A DNA stretch of 64,000 bases from Chrysomallon squamiferum (GCA_012295275.1 CM022672.1:26598001-26662000), one strand, 5' to 3'. Counted from the first letter of the stretch, positions 37,579 to 51,877 are shown. Translations and numbers: made by a program. Notes: generated by a model from the sequence alone, not told the origin.

Positions 37579-39856
37579 AAAAACAATGCAATTTTCATAA
37601 ATACATGTCGTTTTACGATTCTGTGTTTACAAAACCGATATTTCTGTCTATCAGCCGTTTCTCTCCTCCTCTTTTCTTTGTATATATGTATTTACGTATA
37701 TATATATACGTATGCATGCGTGCGTATATATGTATATATGTATGTGTATGTATGCATGTAAGTATGTATGCACATATATATGTATGTATATATGTATACA
37801 TGTATGTATGTTTAATATGTATATACGTTTGTATGTTGTAAGTAGGCGCTCTGCCAATTTTAATACTTCTGCAAATCTATCTGTTTTTCTGTCTATGGAT
37901 CACTGCTGCGATCTTTTCTGTATTTTGAACCTCTGTTTGTTTTCAGGGCTTGTTATGGTTAGAATCTTGGCTACCATCTGAACTCAGAAAATGCCACCAC
38001 TGGGCAATTTAATTAACGTATATATTTTGATTTGTTTGTGCTACCTTTTTTTTTTTTTTTTTTTTATAATACTTTAATTCTTCGAATGAGACAAATCCAG
38101 GACAACAATCTTGAACCTTCAGTGACATTTCTCAACAAATTATAGACTGCAGTTTGTTGCTTTTAACGGTGAAGAGTTCAGTCAGGTATTCAGGGGAAAA
38201 AAAAAGAAAAAGAAAAAGTAAAAAAAAAAAAAAAAAAAGACAATCGGTCTGCATGTACGTCAAATGGCCGGTGATTTGGCAGAGTTCCCACTGTAACACT
38301 CGTTTTAACAAAACATCGGAACACTAAAACATACTGACTGTCTAGAACGTACACACTCATTAGCGCTGATTAGTCTCCAGACTTCGCCACGACCCTTCCT
38401 TTGACGTCAAAGCAGATAACTCGACTGTTTTCTTGATAAGAGTGTGTACGTTGTGTGATCGTGAAATAAAACAACTGCAACAATAACAAAACAAAAACAA
38501 CTTTCCTTCGACCACTCCTGATAATACTACTACTACTACGAGCGATACTACTACTACTACTACTACTACTACTACGACTACTACGACTACTACTACTACT
38601 AATGTTAATGCTGCGGTTACTTCTACCACTAATACTGTACTGCTACTACTGCTCTTATTAATACTGTTCCTGCTACTGACTTCTGTTACAGACGCCATTA
38701 AGACAACACAACAACAACAAACATTAGTACTACTGCTACTACTACTACCACCACCACCACCAATAATAATACAATGCGTAGCCAGAAACATTTAAGCATT
38801 ACGCCTGCCAAAGGCATGTCCAAAATTTGGGTCGCCTATAAATGCGTTCAGTCTTTTCAGGATAATTTTTTTCTATATTTATTATATTCAAATTTTTTTT
38901 TTGTGGAACAGTTTTACATGAATAGATACTTTAAACCCCACCTCAATCCACACCATCAAATACAAATGAAAATCGCTCCAAAACAACACATATTTTTCGA
39001 AAGGCACAAACGAAATAATTAAACTGAAGATGCGTTGTTAACGGTTCTCCGTCACTGAGTCTTTGCCTAAGAATCGTGGACATTCTGTGTCGTTCTATTC
39101 CCAAGTCGACTAAACGAGATGACAAACTGTACACACGCGTTAATTCGGTTTTCAAAAGTGAAGTTTTTGAAATCCGTGTCTGCTGAGACTAGATTGAGCT
39201 TAAATACAGGGCTTAGAACTGACAGGTAAGAACGTCAGATGCGGTTGTAAAGATGCGACATTCTAAAAGCTGAGATAATTAGGTATTTTAATCTTCTCTT
39301 AAATTAATGGACAAAGTACTTATTATAAATGAAATCCTCATCAACGACAATTACTGATTTATTTATATTGTTGTCATACGTATTTTAAAATCAAGACATG
39401 TAACTAATATTGCTGATGCTGCTGCTTTCTTGTTTTTTTTTGTTTTTGTTTGTTGTTTTTTTTTTTTTTTTTTTTTTTTGATGACTTTTTTTTCACCGCG
39501 GGAAAAGTAATGCTGATTAATAACAAAAAATAAATAAAGCAACAAAAAAAAAAAAAGAAAAAAAAAAAAAGAACAAAAACAACATTATATGTAATAGCAG
39601 TTGTTAAAAACACCTGATGAAATAAACTGTCCGTTCTTTTACCATGTACTAAATACATAATTATTCGGAAATAAAATCATGGATTTGCTCCTGAAAAAAA
39701 CAATTACGGATTCGTCCCTGAAATGGCATCATATGTAACCCACTGTCTGGAACCGAGTCAAACAAAAGTAAGTTATCGCCATCTGGCGAAAGAAAAAAAG
39801 TGAAAAATATCAGTCCAATGAAATCGTGTCTTCTGCACGCGGGACTGTATCCACAG

Positions 39857-39863
39857 TATAAAT
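39857..39863 (+). promoter_or_regulatory. candidate TATA box of the spondin-like gene
   Basis: TATAAAT about 125 nt upstream of the first in-frame ATG (39986), in a CpG-rich region. Confidence 0.45.
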
Positions 39864-39985
39864 ATACATCCATGATGCAGACGACACAATCTTGTTTACA
39901 TTAACCCGGCGGAACGCGCGTGTCTAAGTAACACCGACGTTACTACCTTACAAACCTTACAAACTGGTAGATTTTGAACTGGGTT

Positions 39986-41131
39986 ATGACATTTTTATTC
40001 GTAATGGATTACACGAAATTAATTTTCCTAATTTTTCTCACGCTCTGCATGGTGGACGGCCGGGGTAGAAGACGATCAAAACGAGGAAACGGAAAGTGCA
40101 ACGAGTATTCTTTCGCCGAGTACAACCTGACTTTCTACGGGGACTGGTCAAAAGAACGTTTCCCGCGGATGTACCCCAGATACAGACCCAAAGCTCAGTG
40201 GTCTCAGCTCATAGGTATAATTACATTTTTCTTCATTTCTTTCTCTTACGATTTTAGTATTTAAAATGCAGCTGAAACTGAAAAATACGTTAAATATTAT
40301 ACGGATAATTAAATATATATATTTTTTTTATTATTTTTTTCTTGACTTCAGTAGTCGCTATAACCTTTTCGATGCACTATGTATAATTTTGTAGCTCAGT
40401 GGCTAACATGCATGTCTTATATTGATAAACTGCATTGTCTTTCCTTTTTGTTTTAACTGCTAGCATGGTCGTAAAAGTCAGTCCTCCACATATAGTTGTT
40501 AAAAAGCTATTTTATTTTAGAATATTTTATTTCATTTTCATTATTTAATATTATTTTGCAATATAGCCTATATCTATAAACTACGTGTCACACGCTGAAT
40601 AATAAAGTATCGTTTAAAAATATTACATTCGGCAACAATACGATTAATTAAATCCCTATATTATACATGTATTTGATAACCTATTATTACACATCTAGTT
40701 CTGACAAATAAAGATACCGGATCGACTAGAAACGCGTAATACTGAGAAATTATGACGTAAGTGAGATTGTGGAATTGTGTTATCTGGTGTATTAGAATTA
40801 CGTAGTCTATGCTATTTTTATAGTTAAATTTGAATATGTGGTCCTTTAGATAGGAAAATATCTATTACCTCCAGATAAATCATTATTCTTCTTGTTTGTT
40901 TTTGTTTGTTTATTTTATTTATTTATTTATTTATTTAATTATTTATTTTAACTTTATTTATATTACTTGTTTATCTTGCTTACCCTTATGATATGATAAT
41001 ATTTATAAAATTTATATTTTCATAAATATTTGTCTCTCAGCATCTTAACAGCCTGTGTCTCTCGAGCATCTTAACAGCCTGTGTCTTTAGCGCATCCTAG
41101 GATCAGTTTATATATATATATATATATTATA

Positions 41132-41175
<44 letters not shown>

Positions 41176-42260
41176 TTAAATAAATGTTGAGACTATAAAT
41201 CAAGTACCGCCTCTGTTTTAATGAACACACTATCACTACCTAGCAAGCATGCTTTCAGCTTTTATATGTCCATAACTTACGTACTTGGGGTTTCTTGCAG
41301 ACTTAATTGGGGTTTCATGAGAGAGATACGCTTTTCACAACAAAAAATAAAAAATAAAAAGACGAAGAAGAAGAACAAGCGAAAAAGAAACCAAGAAAAT
41401 GCATGATATTGAATGCAAGGTCTTCGTGAGGGTTGTGGGAGTTTTCTCGTGGTACTCATTCACCCAGTTCGATGGTTATTCAAAGTAGACTAATTGTGCA
41501 AGGGCTACTGACATAGACTTCACTGGCCACTATAACCTTTCTGAAACACTATGTATATTGACTTATTCCTAATTCAAAGAAAAAATCTACATTCGTATGC
41601 ATATCATTTACGAATGAATCATCTGTTGCTAAAATTGTAACTCTTTTCTCGTAGTTTTAGTTGTGAATGTACCATCTACAAATACTCTACTCTGATGAGA
41701 CACATACATCAATACAAACGTGCGTACGCACACACATATCCATGCACGCAGTCGTACAAATACATACAAACGTACGTACGTACATCTACATACACATTAT
41801 ACATACATACATACAAATCTACACATACACACACACAAACACACACAGATACACAGACACATAAACATTTACATATACATATACACATACACATATATAC
41901 GTATACAGATACATATATACACATACACATATATACATATACACATACACATATACATATCCTTGAACTTTTGTAATGTAGTTTGATCAAACATTTATTC
42001 TGGTAAACTGCATGGCTCAGTGTAAAGGTCGATGGGTGATAAACATGAGCCCGGCAAGCGAATGTTAACAAATTCCGAACTTCCGAAGTCATCCGAAGAC
42101 AATACTAAAACGGATACAGCACATGCAGACACCAGCACACCTTGATACCAAATGTTGTATAACTCAGCGCGTACCTTTCGTACTGAATTTTGCGCAAACC
42201 ACCAATTATACTAAAACGAAACCTTAACTGGAAGCCGTTCAGTGCTTCTTGAGAGATACG

Positions 42261-42356
<96 letters not shown>

Positions 42357-45043
42357 AATAGCTTGTCTGCAATCGGTTAGATCTCTCATCAGTTTGTGAT
42401 GATCTATAAGCATATGTATATAGCCATAAAACTATAGCTTTGTGTGTTGTTTTTAAAAACAAAAACAAAAAAAGCATTTGTTCTTTCTAAATCATAGATT
42501 TCGATACACAATAACATAGTAACATACCACATGACTTATGATATGATCTAAAAGCATAACCTTTTCTAACTTTAGAAGTGTACGTGTGTTCACAAATGTT
42601 TTTATAAACGTGGGATACGCCTTGGACACGATTGTTTTGTGAAAAAAACTCTTTGCTCTTTTAATAAGCTAAAACAATAAGAGCTACAATATTGAGAATT
42701 AATTTCTTTTACCGGAATGTCACACTACACCCAAAATTGAAAAATAAACTGTCGAATTTTATTTATAGAAATCAGCGTTCCCAGTTCTTTTCCGTTTATT
42801 TCACATTTCTTGTTTATTCATAACAGACTGAATATAAATAAAGCAACAACCGCACACAAAATGGTCACGACTGCAGGAAATTGCTACATATGGGATATAT
42901 ATTTATTATGTTCATAATCCACTAGTAATACTACCATATGACCTAATGTATAAATAAATACGAATATCTGTGGGATTATACAGTTTAGTTATATAATCTA
43001 TGTATACTGTTAGTATTTTATTGATGTCAGTATATACCAATCAGTTTATGCCTTTCATTATGTCTGAAATTAAAGCATCCTTCGATCTTTTGTCCTAACT
43101 GTTCAAAGAACTGTGTGTCTTCGAAGCTTGTATCAGGCTTTTTGCTTATAACTTACGTTTTCTCTGAATACTCCTTCAATTTTCATTATGTATATATTTC
43201 ATTCGCTTGAGACGCTAATACACTAAAACACACAAGCACACTGAATATGTCAATAGTTCCTGGCAATAATTAAATATAAATCAACGGCAATGACATCTTA
43301 AAAGGCATTTGTGGAAGAAATAGTGACTGAACGCTGCACGTTATTTATGTAACACTTTAGAAATAATTTCAGTTTATTACGAAAGTTCAGATCTAGGTGA
43401 TTTTAGTCGTGCGGTTACACAGGCAAATTGAACGCATAAACAAATGAAGATGCGACATTGCATCGTCTCATCAGTACTGTAATTACAAACTGAAACAAGA
43501 GTGTGAAAGTTCTGTTATTCATTTCCTTAGTGTTAAGAGTGGAAGACTTCTTATAGTTTTCATTGCATTAAAGTGGAAGTTCTTTTATTGTTTTGATCGC
43601 ACATTTGATCATTTTCAGTGCATTTCTCGTACAGTATCATTGTATTTACTTTTGGTTATTAGTTCTTTTTTTTTTTTTTGTCTATTTATGAAATGGATAA
43701 TTTTATTTATTATTATTTTTTTATTATTATTATTTTTTTTTTATACAAGGCAGTAACATTATATTTGCACATTATTTATTTGAGTCTGAAACCCGGTTAT
43801 TAGTTCTTTCTTTTTTTTGTCTATTTATGAAATGGATAATTTTATTTATTATTATTTTTTTATTATTATTATTTTTTTTTTATACAAGGCAGTAACATTA
43901 TATTTGCACATTATTTATTTGAGTCTGAAACCCGGTAAGTTAACCATAAGAATACCCGCAATACAGACTGCAATACAGACTAATTTTTCGAAATGAGACA
44001 GGTCACCAGGCAAACTATGAATACTCTTCATTGTGCAGTTCGCATAAAAGGTGGACCCACACGAATCATGGCTCCTCTTTGACTCAATTATCACAGAGGG
44101 TTTCTATGTGATTATTGTCACAGGACCCACCAGCTTGCTGTTTTATGTAATAAGATGGTGGAGATCTCAAGACGTCCGTGTTCAAACTGAGAGTGGATAC
44201 GAGAAAGTGAAGATCAAACAGAAGAAATGCATGCTCACGACAGAACGTGTTTACACTTGTAGCCAGCCGCCAGATACCGCAAAGGTCTTACTCGGAAACA
44301 CGTAAAATGTCAGTTTCCGCAGCGATTTAGACGATAAATTGCTTTCACATTGGGCTTAAAAAGAAGTAACTTATTCTACAAAATGAACAACAAATGTTTC
44401 TTTTAGTTAGGAACACCTGTCGTCTGGAGAATATACCTACCTGTCCTTTGTAAACCTAGAAAAAGATGGCTTTAATAGTACTGCTACAGTTACGCGGTTA
44501 ATATTTATTATATATATTAATACATTTACAAAACAAATGTTTGTTTTTTTTTTTTTGGAGGGGGTTTCTGACCCAATCTTCCTACAACCTAGATATATTT
44601 ATATGACGTATATGCATTTCTTAATCTTATAGATATAGATATAGTTCTGTGGTTAGAGTAGCAGGGTCAGAGCTCTTCTGCGCTTGCAATACGTCAGTTG
44701 TTCATCTTCGTAATCGAGTATCATCTTCACTGATTTAAAACAAGTCAAGATAAAAGATAGCAGACGACTACGTTATTATGCAAATCATTAAACAGAAGTT
44801 TAAAATGTAAATTTTAGAATGAAAAGTTTTTTCCTTATACATCTGGTAGCTGAAAGCATAAGCACATTTGCCCATGCATAGAAAAAGTAATCTGAATTGT
44901 ATGCCTATTTGTGTTTTAATCTGCTGTGATGGATTCGATACCAAATCCTGCTAGTTTGATAACAAACAACTTAATCAGAGCACAACTGAGGCTGGTATTT
45001 CAAATAAAAATAAAAATGAACGGTATACTACTACTACTACTAC

Positions 45044-45074
<31 letters not shown>

Positions 45075-47804
45075 TTTTTATTATTATTATTAGGTCGGAC
45101 TCACGGACGGACGTACCACATGTGGTCTGAAGGGCAGCATGCATCGTTCGCGCTCCAGAAGTTTGTAGAAGAAAGGAATACCATGCTGTTCGAAAGAGAG
45201 GCGCAAGGATACAACGATACCCGGGACATTTTCACTGCCGCACCAATCACAGGAGGTGTAGGAAGAACGTCTCTCAGAATATTTGCAGACGGCACACATT
45301 CCAAAGTAATTAGCTCTAGCTAACCAATGACAAAATCATTAAATTAAAATTGAACTGTGTTTGTTAAAAAAAGAAAAAAGCCATATGAACAATTCATTTA
45401 ACAATATATCTTCTATTAACATAACTACCACTTCTCATACTAGTAGTAGTAGTGCTGCTACTATTACTGTACTACTAACATGACTATATTATTATACTAC
45501 TACTACTACTATTACTACTTTTGCTGCTATTGTTGCTGATAATACTACTAAATAATATCGCAGGATCACGTCATTATTATCTTTATCATTATCGTAATAA
45601 AATTGTTGAAAACTCTGTTTATATTTGGTTTATCATCTTCATCGAATTCTTCTTTTTCGTCATCATCAGTAGTAGTAGTTTGGAAGCAGTAGGAATGCAT
45701 TGTTAACATCCAAAAAAGGTTGTCTTGCGTTACTTAATATTTACTAAGATTATTTATATTATTTCATAAAATATCGGTATTTCTACTTCTTCTTTTTCAA
45801 GCTTTCATTCGTCGTAAAGCTGATACCCAGTCCAGACTGGTTCGTTGGCGTGGACAGTCTTGATCTTTGTAAAAACGGACACTGGCGACGAAAGATCTAC
45901 GCTCATTTGCGACCAATGGACGCCGGAACAGACAGAGGATTCACCTATACGTCTCCAAACTGGCCTGCATATCCGAGAGAAAAAATATTTCAGATAACTC
46001 CGAGATTCCCTAATCACCCGGCGAGTTCTTTTTATGACGAGACAGCTGAAAGAGTGCCAAGGATTGCGCATGCTATAATAGAAAAAGTGGTGGAATATCG
46101 AAGGAAAGGGAATCCTAGTATGGGACTGGACTCGAGTCCAAATGTTGTCGTTTATGAACAAGAACACGAACGCCAAGAACGTCTTCGATTAATGACAAAA
46201 CCAACTGTTGCAGGGACAACAAATAATGTGGGTCCTGATTACTTGACGAAATACAATTCTGCTGAACAGCAACGCAGCCTGCAGATGCGACCTATAACCA
46301 GTTCAAATGCGTTATTAATGGGAAGACTAACGTCAACTTACAACGGACATCAGACGGATAGCAAATCATCAGCCAGTTCGTCATCTGTCTTGAGAAGACA
46401 ATCGATATTCAAAAATACTTTGTTTGATTCGCCTGCACATTTATCTTTAATGCCAACAACAGATGCCGGGAATCAAATATCAGAGAAGACAGAGAAAAAC
46501 AATATTATAACACAGAAAACTGTAGATTCAAGTTCCTTGGAAATACCAGATCCAGAACCAACTTCAGAAGGTGCTGAAATCATGTTATCAGAAACGTCAC
46601 TTCCGGTTAAAGGTGTCTCACAGGAACTAAACAGTCTAGATCTTGACGATGAAGATGTAAACAGAATCAAACCTAAACTGGTTCTTCAGAAAGATTTCAT
46701 TATGTCAACTGGAGATGATCAAGAAAAACATTTGTTGGACATATCGCAAACCGAAGTGTATTCTAACTCTAAGCAGCAGAGACTGCCTGATATCAGAGAT
46801 TACAGAAACCCAACAGACGTTCACGTAACCACTGCCTTGCAGCCCGAAATCGTCCCAACCCTTTCCACTACGGAAACCGATGAAAACGAACGGACGATCT
46901 ACAGCGAAGCTTATCGCACAGACTATATAGAAAGCTTTGCCAATCGCGATAAAATGGATTCCTTATTTGGAATTCTAAGCGATACGCCATCTAAAGAGTC
47001 TGATCTGACAGAAACTAAAACAACGGACGACGAGAAAAAAGCTGAACCTACAGAGAGTCTTGCTACAGACACTCAGCTTTACGTGGAAGAAGACTCAAAT
47101 CAGAAAGAATTACACGTGATTCCTCTTCATACGGCAAGCAGGGATAACACTCGAGGAGACGACAGTGAGAAAGGAAATGAACTGGAATTCAGAGACAACC
47201 ATGATGAGTTTAAAGGTGATAACACTCTCAACAGTGAAATGACAACGAATCAAGGAGCACGATTCCATAACAATTTATATGAAGGTCGGTCTACGAATCC
47301 CATCATTCGTTCTTTCTTCCTTTTCTTTGTTTCGTTCTTTTTTTCTTTTTTTTTCTTCAGTTTATTGAGAGAATATTGAAAGTAATACTGAATTCAAAAT
47401 ATTTTACTCTTTTAAGATTATCATCATTTTTCTTGAGTTCTAATTTATTCAACTATGGGTTTAATCCACAATTACTAAAATTTCATAAGTTTACCACTTG
47501 CTTGCAGCATTTATACATTTATTCTTAATTTATTCTAGAAAACATGAAAGACCTTGACTGCATTGTCGGCGAATGGTCTGACTGGAGCCCTTGCAGCAAA
47601 ACCTGTGGGTTTGGGGTGAAAAAGAGGTCAAGGCCGGTGACACAGTATGCACAGAATGGCGGTCTTCCTTGCCCGAGACTGGATCAAGAAGCTTTGTGTG
47701 GCAGCATGCGAAACTGCCGCTGGAACTATTTCAGTAATATTTTTTCCACTGATGCTAAACGACGACGTCGACGAAGGAAACGACGGCATCATCAGCACGG
47801 TTGA
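39986..47804 (+). CDS. spondin-2/mindin (M-spondin)-like secreted matrix protein: signal peptide, Spondin_N, long low-complexity linker, TSP1, basic tail; ~729 aa
   Basis: Exons 39986-40214, 45094-45305, 45802-47284, 47539-47804 (intron phases 1, 0, 1; sum 2190 nt; alternative start ATG 40004). Spondin_N hallmarks: YNLTFYGDWSKERFPRMYPRYRPKAQWSQLIGRTH, KLIPSPDWFVGVDSLDLC, PMDAGTDRGFTYTSPN, FPNHPASSFY. TSP1 repeat: DCIVGEWSDWSPCSKTCGFGVKKRSR...GGLPCP. No reeler domain, so it is mindin-like rather than F-spondin. Confidence 0.93.
41031..41098. repeat. ~26-bp tandem repeat, about 2.5 copies
   Basis: tgtctctc(g)agcatcttaacagcctg is repeated. Confidence 0.8.
41700..41960. repeat. compound (CA)/(TACA)/(TA) low-complexity microsatellite
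   Basis: Direct reading; it explains the HIHT/THTY ORFs. Similar tracts lie at 37680-37830 and 62820-63025. Confidence 0.9.
42264..42354. repeat. (GA)n microsatellite
   Basis: Direct reading. Confidence 0.95.
43654..43936 (+). repeat. near-perfect ~141-bp tandem duplication in spondin intron 1
   Basis: ggttattagttc...gagtctgaaaccc occurs at 43654-43794 and again from 43795; the copies differ only in a poly-T tract. Confidence 0.92.
44922..44996 (-). mobile_element. possible decayed tRNA-derived SINE head
   Basis: The reverse complement ccagcctcagttgtgctctgattaag...ggtatcgaatccc has A-box-like and B-box-like elements at tRNA spacing but no intact cloverleaf. A similar decayed head may lie at ~36225-36290 (-). 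Confidence 0.35.
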
Positions 47805-48999
47805 AAACACTGTCATAAACTGGTTCACTGTGCCAAAATAATAAAATAAAAATGTATATAACGTCACACCATTACAGTTTAGGTCAACTTAATCCATCAT
47901 TTTGATATTCTTTGGTGGTGTACGATTGACAGTGGCGTAAGTAAATTTTCCAAGCCGACGTAAAATTTTGACATTGAATTTTAATGTCTAAGAAACCAAC
48001 GTTTATTGATTACAGTTCTAAAAATGAAAATGAAACAACAAAAAAAAAAAAAAAAAAAAGAGAGAATTAAATAAAATCTGCAACAAAACAATACATCACT
48101 TTTTCAAAATTTATAATAATAACCAAAAACGTAATTTACCAACAGGGAAACAGTCAAAATTAATTCATATTATTATTATTATTATTATTATTATGTTTTA
48201 GTATTCTTTTGTATATATTGCAATTTGTACTAATTATTTGGAACAAATAAATGTAGATAAACATTACATTTATTGTTGGTACATATGAAATATCGGGTGA
48301 AATATTTGTACCTCACTTTAACACTGCATATCCAAACATGGTCACATTTTTCTCTTATCTAATAATATATCTACACCATATGTTTGGTTATTATTATTAA
48401 TTTATTTATTTAAAAAAATAAAAAATAAAAAATAAAAAAATTATTATTTTTATTCTATATATTTTAAAAATTAATTATTTATTTAGTTTTTATATGTAAA
48501 AAAACAACAACAAACGAACGTTGACTAAACATATTTTTGGCAAGAAAAAAATAATCATTAAATTAAGATAATTTGTTTTATATACACTTTTGTTTTCACG
48601 ATAAAATTTATTCTTCATAACCTTAATAAGTTAGTAGTATTACTGAAATTATTTACCAAATAATCCATTTGACTGCTATTTAGTCCATTGTTGACATCAT
48701 AATTAACATCCAGCGTAGCTCCTTCGGTTATATATATATATATTTTATTATTATTATTTATTTATTCTATTATTGTATTATTAATTTTCTGAATACGAGT
48801 CCCTTAATCCAAGAAAAAACAGATTTTGTTTAAATTTATATGACTGGCACCAAGAAAGAGAGAAAAAAATTAAAAGTTTATAATTTCTGTCGAAGTGTCG
48901 TCTGCTGTTAATTTTTGTCGCATGACGAAAACCAGTCTATTTCTTTGACCGGAAAAAGACTGACGGAAATATACGAATTTTTCCGAATGATTTATTTGT

Positions 49000-49060
<61 letters not shown>

Positions 49061-49506
49061 ACCTGGATGGTCTGTATTCGCTGTATAAATATGCTGTTAA
49101 TGCTAAAAATTACAATATGAACTTTAACTGTAGTGTAGTTGGGGTTTTTTGTTTGTTTTTTGTGTTTTGTTTTTAACTTGCGTAATTTCTTATTTTTATA
49201 CGATTGTTTGTGCCTTTATTTGCAATAAAGTTGTTTGACTTAATAAGTTTTATTTGTTAGATAGTTGTTATTTATTTATTTATTTATTTATTATTATTAT
49301 TATTATTATGATTATTATTATTATTATTACTATCAATTCTTTTATTCTATCATCATCTTTTTTCTCTTCTTCTTCTTCTGCATATCATAATAATTATTAT
49401 CAATGAAACATGCTAAAAATTGGAAACACTGCGGCACTTTATATGATACTGTGATAGAACACAACAACGAGGGACAAATACCATAATAGACAAAAGATGA
49501 TATACA

Positions 49507-49558
<52 letters not shown>

Positions 49559-49706
49559 AACAACATCAACAACAATAACCCACAAAATCACTAAGAATTA
49601 CTTTATTTTTTAAAAGGATATATAATAGATTCATTTTTACATACATTTAAATTAAAGACAGTTATTAAGAAATTTTAATAATAATAATACTAATAATAAT
49701 AAATTT

Positions 49707-49767
<61 letters not shown>

Positions 49768-50427
49768 ATGATTTCCAATGCACCACAAACGTTTATCTTG
49801 AAGAATACATTATTTTTTAACAAATAGTGTGAAATGGAAGACTCCGCTGTCTAAAATAGTTTAATTTACTATGGATTTGCGAACAATTCACGTTACCTTT
49901 ATTTAACAAAGGTCAGACTATTTAGTTCACGTAACAGTAATATGTGAGTGAACACATAGCAGGGTTGGCTCCAAATGAAAGTGAGGTAACTTCTAAACGA
50001 TACGACAAAAAAAATAACATATTGTGAATGCCAAACATTTTATCAAACTCGCCCGTACCAGCCAACACGTAAGTTTGGCTCGCGTATCTGTGTGGTAACA
50101 GTGAAAAGAACCCTCAATTCCAGTAGATGTTTGTTTGTTTTTAATTTTCAAAAGAAAATTGGGAAGAGCGGGAGTTAATGGTAAAATGTCGTTTCCAGAT
50201 TGTTTAGCATGATGGTCGTATGGGGATTCTTCGATTAATTGGAGCAGAGGTGCTGATTTGCCCGAAATGTTTACATACATAAAAATAAAAATATCACGTT
50301 CTTCTTGCTTTGCCTAAATGTTGCCATTGTTTTGCCAATGACTCCTGAAAAGTTACACGTCCATGCTATTCTGGTATAGATCGTTGTCTTTAATTATTTT
50401 AAGAACTGTCGCATCATAATGTAGTAC

Positions 50428-50551
<124 letters not shown>

Positions 50552-51791
50552 GACGATTGATTCTTCACAGCTAACCAATACTGGAAAGCACCCAAATTAC
50601 GTCGGTAAAGGAGTTTCCCTTACCATAATCAAAACAGAAGCATTATTTTTAATATTTTGATATTAATTTACATTTGTAACGGTGATTACACATCATATAG
50701 CAATAATGTAGGCAGACAGGTGTATAACACAGACTCAGCAAGAGCTTCTTCCTTCAGTAACATGATGTTTGATAAATTGTTGTTCAGGCTGTAATACGCA
50801 ATAGCTCAGTTAACTATCTAATGAGGTCGGAACCTGCTTCCAACAGCCAGGCGCGTTGAAAAATAAAAAGAGTAGCAAAATAACAAATAATTTAAAAGAG
50901 CATCTTCACCAACATAATCTGTAACGAGATGAACTCATAGGCTCGTCCAGTGCTGGTAATGCAATTCATTGCAGACCACGTAAAATTATATAATTATGAA
51001 AGATATTAATATTTAAGGTTAAATCCAGTCAGTGTACTGGTTTCAGTTTATTTATTCAACTGTCTACACCGTGATGCGTCTGTGACTAATTTATCATCTT
51101 ATACTATTAATTTCGAACTCAGCTTCAAAATAGCCACACACGATAGCACGAATATAGAGTCTGACATTTCTACATTGCGCAATCAACACGTGACATTTCC
51201 GATCTGTGACCAGTCAGCATGAAAGGCACATAAAGTCGCTAGGCACCATAGACTCCATGATTATGCTTAAAACGAAATGCGACTTTGCTGGAAGTAAACA
51301 AGAATTGTTCTACAGGATTTAACTTTAAAAATATATATATTTTAAAAATCTTGATTTTTTGAATATTTTTGTATATCATATTTTATTAAATATCTGATTG
51401 CATGGCGTCGAAAAGAGATGATGATAGAGGAATTACCCTACTCTAATATGTCTGCATATGCTTTTTAGATTAGCAGAACGAAATACTTCATATGCACCTT
51501 CGTAAACATAGCTCCCTGCCTCTAAGTCTCAGCCTGTCACATATAAACTAAGCATTTAGAAATTTAGTAATTTAAAAAAGTAACAACAGTAGCAGGAGTA
51601 ATCCACTCAGTGACGGTAGTTTGTTTCCTGTCATTTCATTAACATATAAAAACTGCTTGATTAAGGTGTGATAACAATTAATACTTAAATGCGTTCTGGT
51701 CTTGACACAAATTTGAAACAATAAAAAGGTTATTAAACTATAATCATGAACCTGAACAGCAAGATTATAAAATAATAATAATAATAATAAC

Positions 51792-51841
<50 letters not shown>

Positions 51842-51877
51842 TAATAATAATAATAATAATTGTAATAATAATAATAA

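Noticed and set aside
40390-40420. tRNA-like GTAGCTCAGTGG A-box
   Set aside because: No B-box or cloverleaf follows; at most a SINE remnant.
44051-44305. 84-aa non-repetitive ORF in spondin intron 1
   Set aside because: Non-ATG start, no splice-site support and no recognisable motif; possibly a decayed transposon fragment.
45805-46670. Minus-strand ORFs overlapping spondin exon 3
   Set aside because: Antisense shadows of a real coding exon.
49993-50280. 95-aa minus-strand ORF in CpG-rich intergenic DNA
   Set aside because: No recognisable domain or partner exons; cannot be supported without transcript data.
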